NCBI GenBank assembly: GCA_016280355.1
Contig: JAEEGO010000013.1
Span: 1 to 35,077, forward strand
Reading direction: 5' to 3'
DNA: 35,077 nucleotides
From: Lachnospiraceae bacterium
Lineage (GTDB): Bacteria > Bacillota > Clostridia > Lachnospirales > Lachnospiraceae
Made by a program: the position numbers and the translations under genes. Under the pieces are notes generated by a model. That model had not been told where the DNA came from. It worked only from the letters and a program-made list of their open reading frames with translations, and searched no databases. Positions within the stretch are counted from its first letter, which is position 1; each line of letters starts with the position of its first letter. Positions 1 to 10,280 of this stretch are shown here, piece after piece.

Positions 1-929
1 CTCCTGTCGGTCCCCTTGAAATCCCCGAGCCCTCCTGCCGTATCTTCGTATGAGACTCCGAGTTGTTCAGCAACGGCGATAGCCGCGAGTGAATTGGTCA
101 CGTTGTGGACTCCGCCTACCCCCAGGGAATATTTATTTCTTTTTCCTTCATGGACTGCTTCAAAGGTAGCTCTCGCATACTCATCGAGCACGATATTCTC
201 CGCCCTGTAGTCTGCTCCTTCTTTCTCCCCGAATGTCACCACTCTGCATTTCAGTCCGTCCGTGATCTCTTCTATTCCTTCTATGTCCGCATTTATAATA
301 AGAACACCGTCGTCCGGTATATTCGCCGCAAACCCGTGGAATGAACGTCTGATATCCTCAATATCCTTGAAAAAGTCCAGATGATCCGCTTCGACATTGA
401 GTATCACGCCTATCCTGGGATAGAAGGAGTGATACGAATTGGTGTATTCACACGCCTCCATCACGAAGTATTCCCCGGCTCCCACCCGGAAGTTTCCTCC
501 GATGTCACGCAATACTCCTCCTATTGATATGGTCGGATCCTTCTTTGCTCTCAGCAGTATTTCGGATACCATCGCCGTTGTCGTGGTCTTGCCGTGAGTG
601 CCTGCTATGGCCACGGGTGTGTGGTACTCCTTCATTATCTTACCGAGGAACTCCGCTCTTGTTTCTATATGAAGACCTCTTCGCTTTGCTTCCTTAAGCT
701 CGGGATTGTCCTCATGTATGGCAGCCGTCATCACCACCGTATCGGTATCTTCCGGTATGTTCTCCGCCTTCTGGGGATAGCCTATGACGGCCCCCATTGC
801 AGACAGTCTGTCGGTGATATCCGATTCGTGTGCATCCGACCCTGAAACTTTGTATCCGCGCGATATCATAAGCTCCGCTATGCCGCTCATACTGATACCG
901 CCTATTCCTATAAAATGTATGTTCTTCAT
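1..929 (-). CDS. murC: UDP-N-acetylmuramate--L-alanine ligase (partial, runs off the window's left edge)
   Basis: Not in the ORF track because it is truncated. Manual translation from ATG at 929 gives MKNIHFIGIGGISMSGIAE...GSD...AIAGTHGKTTTT...EACEY...NVEADHLDFF, the MurC motifs. Purine-rich RBS (GGAAAAGGA) upstream. Confidence 0.95.
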   Translation of the reverse strand, partial: MKNIHFIGIGGISMSGIAELMISRGYKVSGSDAHESDITDRLSAMGAVIGYPQKAENIPEDTDTVVMTAAIHEDNPELKEAKRRGLHIETRAEFLGKIMKEYHTPVAIAGTHGKTTTTAMVSEILLRAKKDPTISIGGVLRDIGGNFRVGAGEYFVMEACEYTNSYHSFYPRIGVILNVEADHLDFFKDIEDIRRSFHGFAANIPDDGVLIINADIEGIEEITDGLKCRVVTFGEKEGADYRAENIVLDEYARATFEAVHEGKRNKYSLGVGGVHNVTNSLAAIAVAEQLGVSYEDTAGGLGDFKGTDR

Positions 930-968
930 ATCCTTTTCCCTGCCCCAGATTTTGCTTTCGCGTAAAAA

Positions 969-997
969 AGTATACTCTTTGAAATCTGCCATAGCAA
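969..997 (-). promoter_or_regulatory. sigma-A-type promoter for murC
   Basis: On the - strand, TTGCTA (997-992), a 17-nt spacer, then TATACT (974-969). Confidence 0.7.
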
Positions 998-998
998 C

Positions 999-1027
999 TT
1001 GCTAATAGAAGCGATATACGATAAAAT
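999..1027 (+). promoter_or_regulatory. sigma-A-type promoter for the V-ATPase operon
   Basis: TTGCTA (999-1004), a 17-nt spacer, then TAAAAT (1022-1027). Confidence 0.7.
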
Positions 1028-1030
1028 TGT

Positions 1031-1058
1031 TTCGTTACTTTTGTACAAAAAACACGAA
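1031..1058. promoter_or_regulatory. palindromic candidate operator at the V-ATPase transcription start
   Basis: TTCGT-tac-TTTTGTACAAAA-aac-ACGAA: a perfect 12-bp core with co-centred 5-bp flanks. Confidence 0.45.
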
Positions 1059-1074
1059 TGGAAGGTGATGGGAT

Positions 1075-1386
1075 TTGGCAATGGATACAATAGAAAAGAT
1101 CCGTGAAGCCGAACTTGCTTCCGATGCCGCAGAGAAGAATGCGGTCGTGGAAGCGGACAGGATCCTTGCTGAAGCCGAGGATGCTGCCGCTGCCCTGAAG
1201 GTAGACCTTACCAGGGAAGCAAAGGCCAAGGCCGAGGGACTCTTGAAAGAAGCTTCGAGCAAGAGTGAGGCCATCCTGAGCGAAGCAGAGGAGAATGCAA
1301 AGAAAGATGCAGCTGCTCTCCGCTCATCAGTCGAAGCAAAGAAGGATGAAGCCGTAAAGCTCATCCTCGACGATCTGACAGCTTAA
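1075..1386 (+). CDS. ntpF: V/A-type ATPase peripheral stalk subunit (G/H-type; NtpF in Enterococcus nomenclature)
   Basis: 103-aa Ala/Glu/Lys coiled coil (IEKIREAE...EA...AE...A), first gene of the V-ATPase operon. The start may be TTG 1075 or ATG 1081. Confidence 0.8.
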   Translation: MAMDTIEKIREAELASDAAEKNAVVEADRILAEAEDAAAALKVDLTREAKAKAEGLLKEASSKSEAILSEAEENAKKDAAALRSSVEAKKDEAVKLILDDLTA

Positions 1387-1438
1387 GCATTTAAGCATAT
1401 CAAATATCGTCACTATAAAATGAAAAGGAGGTCAATAT

Positions 1439-3451
1439 ATGTCAGTTCTGCCAATGAAGCACATGATCGTATGTGCCAAGAGGCATGACCGCAAGGCAAT
1501 ACTTGAGATGCTGCAACGCACCGAGGCGGTGGAGATCATATCAAGAGAAGATGACGAAAACGATACCGTCTTCAACCGGATAGATGTTTCCCAGTCTGCT
1601 CAGCTCTTCACCAAGAATGCCGCCCAGGCGGACAAGGCTCTGGAGATTCTCGCTGCAGCCGCCCCGGAAAAAACATCCATTCTTTCAGCCTTTGCAGGCA
1701 GGACGCCGATCACGCTGGAGGAGTATGAGACAAATACAAAAAAGCGTGACAGCGTAATGAAGGATGTGACAGACATCCTGCGGCTTGATAAGGAGCTCAC
1801 CGAGGCCAAGGCTGACGTACCGCGTATCACTACACAGATAGAGGCTCTGACACCGTGGACCGGTCTGGATCAGCCGCTGTCATTCACCGGTACAAAAAAG
1901 ACTGCAGCTTTCATAGGTACGTTCCCCGAAAAGATCACCGAGGCAGAGATCGCCGAGGGGCTCGCAAGGGTAGCACCTGAAGTGGAAGCGCTCGATGTAA
2001 ACATCATTTCATCAGAGGACAATATCACTTCCGTCCTCATCTCGTGTCTGAAATCAGATAAAGACAAGATTGACGACGCTTTGCGGCGTATGAATTTCCA
2101 GCGTCCTCCGGTATCCGACATGGTACCTGTGGAGCAGATCGAAGCATATGACAAAGAGCTTAAGGCTGCCATAGCCAAAATCGACTCTACGCGTGAAGAG
2201 ATCGCTTCATATGAGGATAAACGCGGTGATATCAAATTCATATCCGATTATTTCCGCATGAGAGCCGAGAAGTACGGAGTACTCGGTACACTTGCTCAGA
2301 CAAAACGCACCTTTATAATAGAAGGCTATGTTCCCGAGCAGTATGCCGGAGCCATCGAACAGGATCTGGCACAGCACTTTGATGTGGCTGTGGAAATGGC
2401 AGATCCCGATCCTTCGGAGGATGTCCCTGTACTTTTGAAGAACGGACCGTTTGCGGAGCCGGTAGAAGGCATCATAGAAAGCTACTCCATGCCGGGCAAG
2501 GGTGAGCTCGATCCCACCACTCCCGTGGCATGCTTCTATTACATACTCTTCGGTATGATGCTTTCGGATTTTGCCTACGGGGCATTGATGTCCATATCTA
2601 CATTTGTTCTTATTAAAAAGCTGAAGAACATGGAGCATTCCATGAAAAAGACTCTGACCATGTTCTTTTACTGCGGACTTGGCACCATGTTGTCGGGTGT
2701 ACTCTTCGGAAGTTACTTCGGAGATGCTCCTACAGTCATAGCCAAAACTTTCTTCGGCCGTGATCTTCAGGTGCCCAAGCTCATAGATCCGCTTTCACAG
2801 CCCATGAAGATGCTGGTACTGTGCTTTGCAATAGGTATCGTGCATCTCTTTGCCGGACTGGTGATAGGTCTCTATACCGCTCTTAAGCAGAAGCGGTATG
2901 TGGATGCCGTATCTGATTTCATACTCTGGATGCTCCTTGTGGCAGGCCTGCTCCTTTTCGGTCTGACTACAGAGATGGTCACGGGTATGTTTGCACTGAC
3001 CCCGATCTCTCCCGCAGCCGGGAATGTCGGCAAGGTCATGGCGGTGATCGGTGCCATCGGTATCATACTGATGGACGGCCGCGAGTCCAGGAACTGGTTC
3101 AAGCGTACACTTAAAGGCCTGTACGGGCTGTACAACGTCACCGGCTATCTTTCGGATCTGCTCTCCTACTCCAGACTGCTGGCTCTGGGTCTTGCCACAT
3201 CCGTAATATCGTCCGTCTTCAATCAGATGGGCTCAATGGTCGCCGGCACGCCGGTCATAGGCGTGATCTTCTTCATACTGATCTTCCTGATCGGGCATGT
3301 GCTCAATCTGGCGATCAATGCACTTGGAGCATATGTGCACGCCAACAGGCTTCAGTATGTGGAGTTCTTCGGTAAGTTTTACGGCGGAGGCGGACGCAAG
3401 TTTACGCCCTTTGCCACAAACACAAAGTACATAAAGATTCAGAATCCTTAA
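1439..3451 (+). CDS. ntpI: V/A-type ATPase subunit I (a)
   Basis: 670 aa. Soluble N-half, hydrophobic C-half with FGMMLSD.AYG, SDLLSYSRLLALGLA and H.NRLQYVEFFGKFY.GGG. Confidence 0.97.
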   Translation: MSVLPMKHMIVCAKRHDRKAILEMLQRTEAVEIISREDDENDTVFNRIDVSQSAQLFTKNAAQADKALEILAAAAPEKTSILSAFAGRTPITLEEYETNTKKRDSVMKDVTDILRLDKELTEAKADVPRITTQIEALTPWTGLDQPLSFTGTKKTAAFIGTFPEKITEAEIAEGLARVAPEVEALDVNIISSEDNITSVLISCLKSDKDKIDDALRRMNFQRPPVSDMVPVEQIEAYDKELKAAIAKIDSTREEIASYEDKRGDIKFISDYFRMRAEKYGVLGTLAQTKRTFIIEGYVPEQYAGAIEQDLAQHFDVAVEMADPDPSEDVPVLLKNGPFAEPVEGIIESYSMPGKGELDPTTPVACFYYILFGMMLSDFAYGALMSISTFVLIKKLKNMEHSMKKTLTMFFYCGLGTMLSGVLFGSYFGDAPTVIAKTFFGRDLQVPKLIDPLSQPMKMLVLCFAIGIVHLFAGLVIGLYTALKQKRYVDAVSDFILWMLLVAGLLLFGLTTEMVTGMFALTPISPAAGNVGKVMAVIGAIGIILMDGRESRNWFKRTLKGLYGLYNVTGYLSDLLSYSRLLALGLATSVISSVFNQMGSMVAGTPVIGVIFFILIFLIGHVLNLAINALGAYVHANRLQYVEFFGKFYGGGGRKFTPFATNTKYIKIQNP

Positions 3452-3517
3452 GATCCTTGCGATCCGCGGGATTTTGAGCAAATAACTAAGAACCTAATTT
3501 TTAAGGAGGATAATTAA

Positions 3518-3988
<471 letters not shown>

Positions 3989-4008
3989 TCAGATACGGAG
4001 GATCATAG

Positions 4009-4608
4009 ATGGCAGGATTAGACAAGATACTTGACAGTATCAAGGCCGAGTCCGATGAAGCGGTAGCAAAAAGGATCGACGATGCGAAGGCACAGGCTGA
4101 GGCTATGCGTAAGGAAGCCGAAGCATCCGTAAAGGATGAGTGCGCGCAGATCGAGGAGAACGGCAAAAGAAGCGCGGATGATGCTATATCCCGTGCCGAG
4201 TCAGCCGCAGCTCTGCTGAAAAGAAAGACCATACTTGCTGAGAAGCAGGCTCTGATAGCAGAGGTCTTTGATGAAGCCGAGCAGAAGCTGGCATCGCTTC
4301 CCGATGACAAATACTTTGATACTATAATGAAGATAGCAGTTAAGAATGCTCTGCCCGAAGAAGGCTCGATCATCTTCTCTGCTGCTGACAGGAAAAGACT
4401 CCCTACCGGCTTTGAGGCAGACCTTAATAAGAAGCTCTCCGGCGGCAAGCTTAAGGTGTCTGATGATACCATAGATGCTGCAGGCGGTTTCGTGCTCTCA
4501 TACGGCGGTATCGAGCAGAACTGCACATTTAAGGCACTGATAGATGCGGAGCGTGAGAAGCTCACAGACGGGGTTTCGAAGGTTCTGTTTGGAGGGACGG
4601 AGGCGTAA
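4009..4608 (+). CDS. ntpE: V/A-type ATPase subunit E
   Basis: MAGLDKILDSI N-terminus, coiled coil, C-terminal GGFVL...IE.N.TF motif, and operon position. Confidence 0.93.
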   Translation: MAGLDKILDSIKAESDEAVAKRIDDAKAQAEAMRKEAEASVKDECAQIEENGKRSADDAISRAESAAALLKRKTILAEKQALIAEVFDEAEQKLASLPDDKYFDTIMKIAVKNALPEEGSIIFSAADRKRLPTGFEADLNKKLSGGKLKVSDDTIDAAGGFVLSYGGIEQNCTFKALIDAEREKLTDGVSKVLFGGTEA

Positions 4609-5592
4609 ATGTCCGATAATCAATATTATTATGCGGTCGCACGTATACGTTCTAAAGAGCTGGGGCTTTTGAACCAGTCTTTCATCGATCAGCTTCTTGG
4701 TGCCAAGAATATCGAAGAGGCCATGAGGCTCCTTCAGGATAAGGGCTGGCATATGCCGGAGGAGTATACCACCGAATCAGACCGTGTGGAAAAGATGCTC
4801 TCCGCCGAAAAGAAGAAGACATGGGATCTCATAGCAGAGCTTGTACCGGATATGTCGGTATTCGACGTCCTGCTCATTGAGAATGATTATCACAACCTTA
4901 AGGCTGCCGTAAAGGAAGCCCTGACCAGCGATAAACACCCCAACATCTTCTCATCGGGCGGCACCATCGACCCCCAGGTCATGAAGGATGCGGTGGAGTC
5001 GAGAGATTTCTCTCCCCTCCCGGACGAGATGGAGGCTCCTGCGTCAAAGGCTCTGGAGACATTGCTGCATACCCACGACGGTCAGCTCACAGATGTCATC
5101 ATAGACAGAGCTGCTCTTGAAGCCATAGGTGCTGCAGCAAAGAAAAGCGGCACTCCGGTATTGGAGCTGTATGCTCAGCTCAAAGTGGCATCAGCCGATA
5201 TCAAGACCGCTATACGTGCAGTCAAGACCGGAAAAGACAAGAAATTCATAACCGAAGCTCTGGCTCCCTGTGAGACTCTTGATACAGAGAGACTGGCTAC
5301 AGCAGCTTCCGAAGGAATGGATGCGATCTACGATTATCTTTCCCTTTCGAAGTATGCCGACGCTGTACCGGAGCTCAAGAAATCTCCTTCCGCTTTTGAA
5401 AGATGGTGTGACAACCTCATCATCAGAAACATCCGGAGCGAGATAACCCATCCCTATACCTTAGGCCCTCTGGCCGCTTACATCATAGCCAGAGAGAATG
5501 AGATGAGCACGGTACGTATCGTGCTGTCGGGGCTGATAAATGATCTGCCGGAGGAATCCGTCAGGGAAAGGGCAAGGGAAATGTATGTATAA
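4609..5592 (+). CDS. ntpC: V/A-type ATPase subunit C (d)
   Basis: Y.YAVARIR..E..LL at the start and PL.AY...RENE...VR.....RER.R at the end. Confidence 0.95.
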   Translation: MSDNQYYYAVARIRSKELGLLNQSFIDQLLGAKNIEEAMRLLQDKGWHMPEEYTTESDRVEKMLSAEKKKTWDLIAELVPDMSVFDVLLIENDYHNLKAAVKEALTSDKHPNIFSSGGTIDPQVMKDAVESRDFSPLPDEMEAPASKALETLLHTHDGQLTDVIIDRAALEAIGAAAKKSGTPVLELYAQLKVASADIKTAIRAVKTGKDKKFITEALAPCETLDTERLATAASEGMDAIYDYLSLSKYADAVPELKKSPSAFERWCDNLIIRNIRSEITHPYTLGPLAAYIIARENEMSTVRIVLSGLINDLPEESVRERAREMYV

Positions 5593-5911
5593 GATAGCTG
5601 TAATGGGCGAATCTGACAGCATTTACGGTTTCGCCACACTGGGACTGGATACATATCCCACGGACAATCCCGAATCGGCACAGAAGACCCTCCGCAGTCT
5701 CGCAGAGAGTGACTATGCGGTGGTCTATATCACAGAGGCCTGTGCTGCGGGTATACAGTCGGAGATAAGCAGATACAACGAAGAACAGCTTCCTGCCGTC
5801 ATACTGATCCCCGGCGTATCGGGCAATACCGGTGCGGGTGTCAGAAATGTAAGCAAGTCCGTGGAACAGGCAGTTGGTTCGGATATCATATTTGGAGGTG
5901 ACAAAGAGTAA
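5585..5911 (+). CDS. ntpG: V/A-type ATPase subunit F (NtpG in Enterococcus nomenclature)
   Basis: MYKIAVMG..DSIYGF..LG...PAVILIP...VEQAVGSDI. The true start is probably ATG 5585, overlapping the ntpC stop, rather than 5540. Confidence 0.94.
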   Translation: MYKIAVMGESDSIYGFATLGLDTYPTDNPESAQKTLRSLAESDYAVVYITEACAAGIQSEISRYNEEQLPAVILIPGVSGNTGAGVRNVSKSVEQAVGSDIIFGGDKE

Positions 5912-7690
5912 ATGAGCGCAGGTGTAATCAAAAAGGTAGCCGGTCCTCTGGTCGTCGCTACAGGCATGCGTGACGCGAACATGTTCGACGTGGTCCGCGT
6001 GGGTGATGAGAGGCTTATCGGTGAGATCATCGAGATCCACGGTGATGAAGCATCAATACAGGTTTACGAGGAGACCGCAGGACTCGGTCCCGGTGCCCCG
6101 GTAGAATCCACCGGAGTCCCGATGTCCGTTGAGCTCGGCCCCGGCCTTATAAGCAGTATTTATGACGGTATCCAGAGACCTCTGGAGAAGATCCTTGAAG
6201 TTACTTCTTCAAACAATCTTCCCCGCGGTGTCGAGGTTCCGTCGATCAACAGAGATAAAAAATGGCACTTCGTTCCTACAGCGAAGGCAGGCGACAAGGT
6301 AGTCGCAGGCGATATCATCGGTACCGTACAGGAGACACAGATCGTCACTCAGAAGATCATGGTGCCTTACGGCGTAGAGGGAACCATAGAGTCTATCACC
6401 GAGGGTGATTATCTCGTGACCGAGAAGATCGCAGCCATCAAAAAAGCTGACGGTTCTGTAGAGGATGTGACTCTGATGCAGAGATGGCCCGTACGTAGAG
6501 GCCGTCCTTATCTGAAGAAGCTCGCTCCCGACAAGCCGCTCGTAACAGGACAGAGAGTCGTCGATACCTTCTTCCCTATAGCAAAGGGCGGTACCGCGGC
6601 AGTTCCCGGTCCTTTCGGATCAGGTAAGACAGTCGTACAGCACCAGCTTGCAAAATGGGCTGAAGCAGACATCGTCGTATATATCGGCTGCGGAGAGCGT
6701 GGTAACGAGATGACCGACGTTCTTAACGAGTTCCCTGAGCTGAAGGATCCTAAGTCAGGCTTCTCTCTCATGGAGAGGACAGTGCTTATAGCAAACACCT
6801 CCGATATGCCCGTTGCAGCTCGTGAGGCTTCTATCTATACCGGTATCACGATAGCAGAGTACTTCAGAGACATGGGCTATTCGGTAGCACTCATGGCTGA
6901 CTCCACATCAAGATGGGCTGAGGCTCTCAGAGAGATGTCGGGTCGTCTGGAGGAGATGCCCGGTGAGGAAGGATATCCCGCATACCTCGGTTCACGTCTG
7001 GCTCAGTTCTACGAGAGAGCCGGCCGCGTAGAGACACTTGGCTCTAAGCCCCGTGAGGGAGCGCTTTCCGTTATCGGAGCCGTTTCTCCCGCCGGCGGAG
7101 ATATTTCGGAGCCCGTCACTCAGGCTACGCTTCGTATAGTAAAGGTGTTCTGGAGTCTGGATTCCGCACTCGCACAGCAGAGACACTTCCCCGCCATCAA
7201 CTGGCTGTCATCATATTCACTGTATCTGGACGGTATGGGTGACTGGTTCAACTCCAGCGTAGAGGGCGGCAACTGGATGGAGCTCCGTCAGGAAATGATG
7301 AGCCTGCTGCAGGATGAGTCGGAGCTGAAGGAAATGGTACAGCTCGTCGGTATGGATGCTCTTTCTGCACCCGACAGACTCAAGATGGAAGCAGCCCGCT
7401 CTATCCGTGAGGACTTCCTTCACCAGGATGCTTTCCACGAGGTTGATACATATACCTCTCTTAAGAAGCAGCATCTGATGATGCAGCTCGTGCTCGGCTT
7501 CTACAAAAGCGCCCAGGACGCGCTCGCTAAGGGTGCTTCCATAGAGAAGCTTGTGGATATGGATGTCCGTGAGACTATCGGACGTTTCAAATACACCTCA
7601 GAGGATCAGATTGACGGCGAGTTCAGCAAGATCAACGCAGAGCTCTCCAAGGAGATCCAGCAGGTTCTGTCAGAAAAGGAGGACTTCTAA
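5912..7690 (+). CDS. ntpA: V/A-type ATPase catalytic subunit A
   Basis: GPFGSGKT Walker [23 protein letters not shown] and [12 protein letters not shown]. Confidence 0.99.
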   Translation: MSAGVIKKVAGPLVVATGMRDANMFDVVRVGDERLIGEIIEIHGDEASIQVYEETAGLGPGAPVESTGVPMSVELGPGLISSIYDGIQRPLEKILEVTSSNNLPRGVEVPSINRDKKWHFVPTAKAGDKVVAGDIIGTVQETQIVTQKIMVPYGVEGTIESITEGDYLVTEKIAAIKKADGSVEDVTLMQRWPVRRGRPYLKKLAPDKPLVTGQRVVDTFFPIAKGGTAAVPGPFGSGKTVVQHQLAKWAEADIVVYIGCGERGNEMTDVLNEFPELKDPKSGFSLMERTVLIANTSDMPVAAREASIYTGITIAEYFRDMGYSVALMADSTSRWAEALREMSGRLEEMPGEEGYPAYLGSRLAQFYERAGRVETLGSKPREGALSVIGAVSPAGGDISEPVTQATLRIVKVFWSLDSALAQQRHFPAINWLSSYSLYLDGMGDWFNSSVEGGNWMELRQEMMSLLQDESELKEMVQLVGMDALSAPDRLKMEAARSIREDFLHQDAFHEVDTYTSLKKQHLMMQLVLGFYKSAQDALAKGASIEKLVDMDVRETIGRFKYTSEDQIDGEFSKINAELSKEIQQVLSEKEDF

Positions 7691-9061
7691 ATGCCTAAGG
7701 AGTATAGAACAATACAGGAGGTAGCAGGTCCTCTGATGCTCGTGCGTGATGTCGAGAACGTCACCTTCGATGAGCTGGGAGAGATCGAGCTGCAGAACGG
7801 AGAGAAGCGCCGTTGCAGGGTACTGGAGATAGACGGAGGCAACGCTCTCGTTCAGCTTTTTGAGAATTCCACAGGTCTGAACCTGGACAGCTCCAAGGTC
7901 CGTTTTCTTGGCCGTACGATGGAGCTCGGCGTATCTGAGGATATGCTTTCAAGAGTCTTTGACGGACTTGGCAGACCTATAGATAACGGTCCCGAGATAC
8001 TTCCCGATGAAAGAAGGGATATCAACGGCCTTCCCATGAACCCCGCAGCCAGGGCTTATCCCGAGGAGTTCATCCAGACCGGTGTATCCGCTATAGACGG
8101 ACTGAATACGCTGGTAAGAGGCCAGAAGCTTCCTATCTTCTCTGCTTCGGGTCTCCCGCACGCAAAACTCGCAGCTCAGATCGCACGTCAGGCTAAGGTG
8201 CGCGGCACAGACGAGCAGTTCGCGGTTGTATTCGCTGCAATGGGTATCACCTTCGAGGAGTCCAACGACTTCGTGGAGTCCTTCCGTGAGACAGGAGCTA
8301 TCGACAGGACGGTGCTCTTCATGAACCTCGCGAACGACCCCGCTGTAGAGCGTATCGCTACACCTCGTATGGCGCTTACGGCTGCCGAATATCTTGCTTT
8401 TGAGAAGGGGATGCACGTACTGGTCATCCTCACGGATATAACGAACTACGCAGACGCTCTGCGTGAGGTGTCTGCAGCGCGTAAGGAAGTGCCGGGACGC
8501 CGCGGCTATCCCGGATACATGTACACCGACCTCGCTACGCTTTATGAGAGAGCAGGACGTCAGAAGGGCCGTAAGGGATCCATCACCATGATACCGATCC
8601 TTACCATGCCCGAGGACGATAAGACCCACCCTATTCCCGACCTTACGGGATATATCACTGAGGGTCAGATCATCCTTTCCCGTGACCTGTACCGCAGAGG
8701 TATAGAGCCTCCCATCGACGTGCTTCCTTCCCTGTCCAGACTGAAGGACAAGGGTATAGGCGAAGGCAAGACAAGAGCAGATCATGCAAATACCATGAAC
8801 CAGCTCTTCGCCGCATATGCCCGTGGTAAGGACGCCAAGGAGCTGATGATGATCCTTGGTGAAGCCGCTCTGACCGAGATAGACAAGCTCTATGCAAAGT
8901 TTGCCGATGAGTTTGAGCAGAAGTATATCAATCAGGGTTATCGTGCGGACAGAAGCATCGAAGAGACTCTCGATATCGGCTGGGAGCTGCTTCGTATACT
9001 TCCCCGTACCGAGCTCAAGCGTATAAAGGATGAGTTCCTGGATAAGTACTACGCTAAATAA
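7691..9061 (+). CDS. ntpB: V/A-type ATPase subunit B
   Basis: [31 protein letters not shown] and [15 protein letters not shown]. Confidence 0.99.
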   Translation: MPKEYRTIQEVAGPLMLVRDVENVTFDELGEIELQNGEKRRCRVLEIDGGNALVQLFENSTGLNLDSSKVRFLGRTMELGVSEDMLSRVFDGLGRPIDNGPEILPDERRDINGLPMNPAARAYPEEFIQTGVSAIDGLNTLVRGQKLPIFSASGLPHAKLAAQIARQAKVRGTDEQFAVVFAAMGITFEESNDFVESFRETGAIDRTVLFMNLANDPAVERIATPRMALTAAEYLAFEKGMHVLVILTDITNYADALREVSAARKEVPGRRGYPGYMYTDLATLYERAGRQKGRKGSITMIPILTMPEDDKTHPIPDLTGYITEGQIILSRDLYRRGIEPPIDVLPSLSRLKDKGIGEGKTRADHANTMNQLFAAYARGKDAKELMMILGEAALTEIDKLYAKFADEFEQKYINQGYRADRSIEETLDIGWELLRILPRTELKRIKDEFLDKYYAK

Positions 9062-9074
9062 GAAGGAGTAGCGG

Positions 9075-9737
9075 ATGGCAAATAAAACAGTAACAGCTAC
9101 CAGAATGGAGCTGACGCGTCTTAAAAGGAAGCTTATAACGACCCGCAGGGGTCATAAGCTCCTGAAAGACAAGCGTGACGAGCTTATGCGGCAGTTCCTT
9201 ATGCTGGTACGTGAGAATATGGATCTTCGCAAAAAAGTGGAGGCAGGTCTGGCCGCAGCCAATAAGAACTTCGTTCTGGCTAAGTCCACCATGAGTGAAG
9301 AGGCTGTGAACGTGGCTTTCATGACACCAAAGCAGGAAGTCTCTCTGGATGTATCGCAGAAGAACGTCATGAGCGTGGACATCCCGGTATTTGAATACCG
9401 CACGAGGACTTCGGATCCCAATGACATCTATTCCTACGGTTTCGCGTTCACCTCTTCTGATCTGGACGATGCCGTAAAGAGTCTGTCGGATCTGCTGCCG
9501 GATATGCTCAAGCTGGCCGAGACAGAAAAAGCCTGCCAGCTGATGGCTGCCGAGATAGAAAAGACAAGGCGCCGCGTTAACGCTCTTGAGCATGTGATCA
9601 TCCCCGAGACCGAAGCCGGCATAAAGATGATCACGATGAAGCTGGATGAGAACGAGAGAAGTACACAGATCCGTCTGATGAAGGTCAAGGATATGCTCCT
9701 CGAAGATGCTCACCACTACAAAGAAAGAGAGGCATAG
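9075..9737 (+). CDS. ntpD: V/A-type ATPase subunit D (central rotor)
   Basis: TRMEL..LK......RGHKLLKDKRDEL and EIEKTRRRVNALEH. Confidence 0.98.
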   Translation: MANKTVTATRMELTRLKRKLITTRRGHKLLKDKRDELMRQFLMLVRENMDLRKKVEAGLAAANKNFVLAKSTMSEEAVNVAFMTPKQEVSLDVSQKNVMSVDIPVFEYRTRTSDPNDIYSYGFAFTSSDLDDAVKSLSDLLPDMLKLAETEKACQLMAAEIEKTRRRVNALEHVIIPETEAGIKMITMKLDENERSTQIRLMKVKDMLLEDAHHYKEREA

Positions 9738-10222
9738 TGCCTATGGCGCATGACCCTGTACTCTACAGGAAGCGGCTGATACCCGATGAATGCGTGAGGC
9801 TCGACGACGACAAGGTGATCTATCGTGACGATGATATCATCGTGACAAAGTGGAAAGCCCTGCATCCCAAGCCGAGACTCGACCACGGATACTCCTGCTA
9901 CTTCCTGAAGAGAAACTACAAGGTCAGCAAGTTCCTTTTCAGCGATGACAGTCTGATATACTGGTACTGCGACATCATTGACTACACACATGATGAAGCC
10001 GACGATTCGTACGTATTCAGAGATCTTCTGGCAGACGTGATAGTCTTTCCTGACGGCTTTGTAAAGGTGATCGACCTCGATGAGTTCGAAGAAGCTCTGG
10101 ACAGATCGCTCATCACGGAAACAGATGTCCGCATGGCATTAAAGACTCTGGACAACCTGCTGCGAACGATATATGACGGCAGATTTCCCGAGCTCCAGGA
10201 CGAGATAGAAAAGAGAATATAG
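9737..10222 (+). CDS. DUF402-family protein (FomD-like putative nucleoside phosphate hydrolase)
   Basis: YWYCDII...DLLADVIV.PDG...V.DLDE...A pattern. The GTG start overlaps the ntpD stop, and ATG 9743 is an alternative. Confidence 0.75.
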   Translation: MPMAHDPVLYRKRLIPDECVRLDDDKVIYRDDDIIVTKWKALHPKPRLDHGYSCYFLKRNYKVSKFLFSDDSLIYWYCDIIDYTHDEADDSYVFRDLLADVIVFPDGFVKVIDLDEFEEALDRSLITETDVRMALKTLDNLLRTIYDGRFPELQDEIEKRI

Positions 10223-10228
10223 TTCATT

Positions 10229-10260
10229 AAAAAGAGGCAGGCAAAGCCTGCCTCTTTCTT
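10229..10260. terminator. bidirectional intrinsic terminator
   Basis: AAAGAGGCAGGC-aaa-GCCTGCCTCTTT between convergent operons, with A/T tracts on both sides. Confidence 0.9.
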
Positions 10261-10280
10261 TATGCATTTCTATATTTACC

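Noticed and set aside
16-1005. Short + strand ORFs at the window start
   Set aside because: They are antisense shadows of murC, which the ORF track missed because it is truncated.
1027-1050. Possible Rex box at the ntp promoter
   Set aside because: The spacing of TTGT...ACAA does not fit the 18-bp TTGTGAA-N4-TTCACAA consensus. Kept only as an unassigned palindrome.
5540-5584. Longer start for V-ATPase subunit F
   Set aside because: It overlaps ntpC by over 50 nt, and the family N-terminus MYKIAV begins at 5585.
7949-8785. 278-aa antisense ORF (also 9054-9716, 22764-23489, 26398-27180, 27181-27957 and 28989-29672)
   Set aside because: Each lies fully opposite well-supported genes, with no motifs or RBS. 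Such frames are expected from codon bias.
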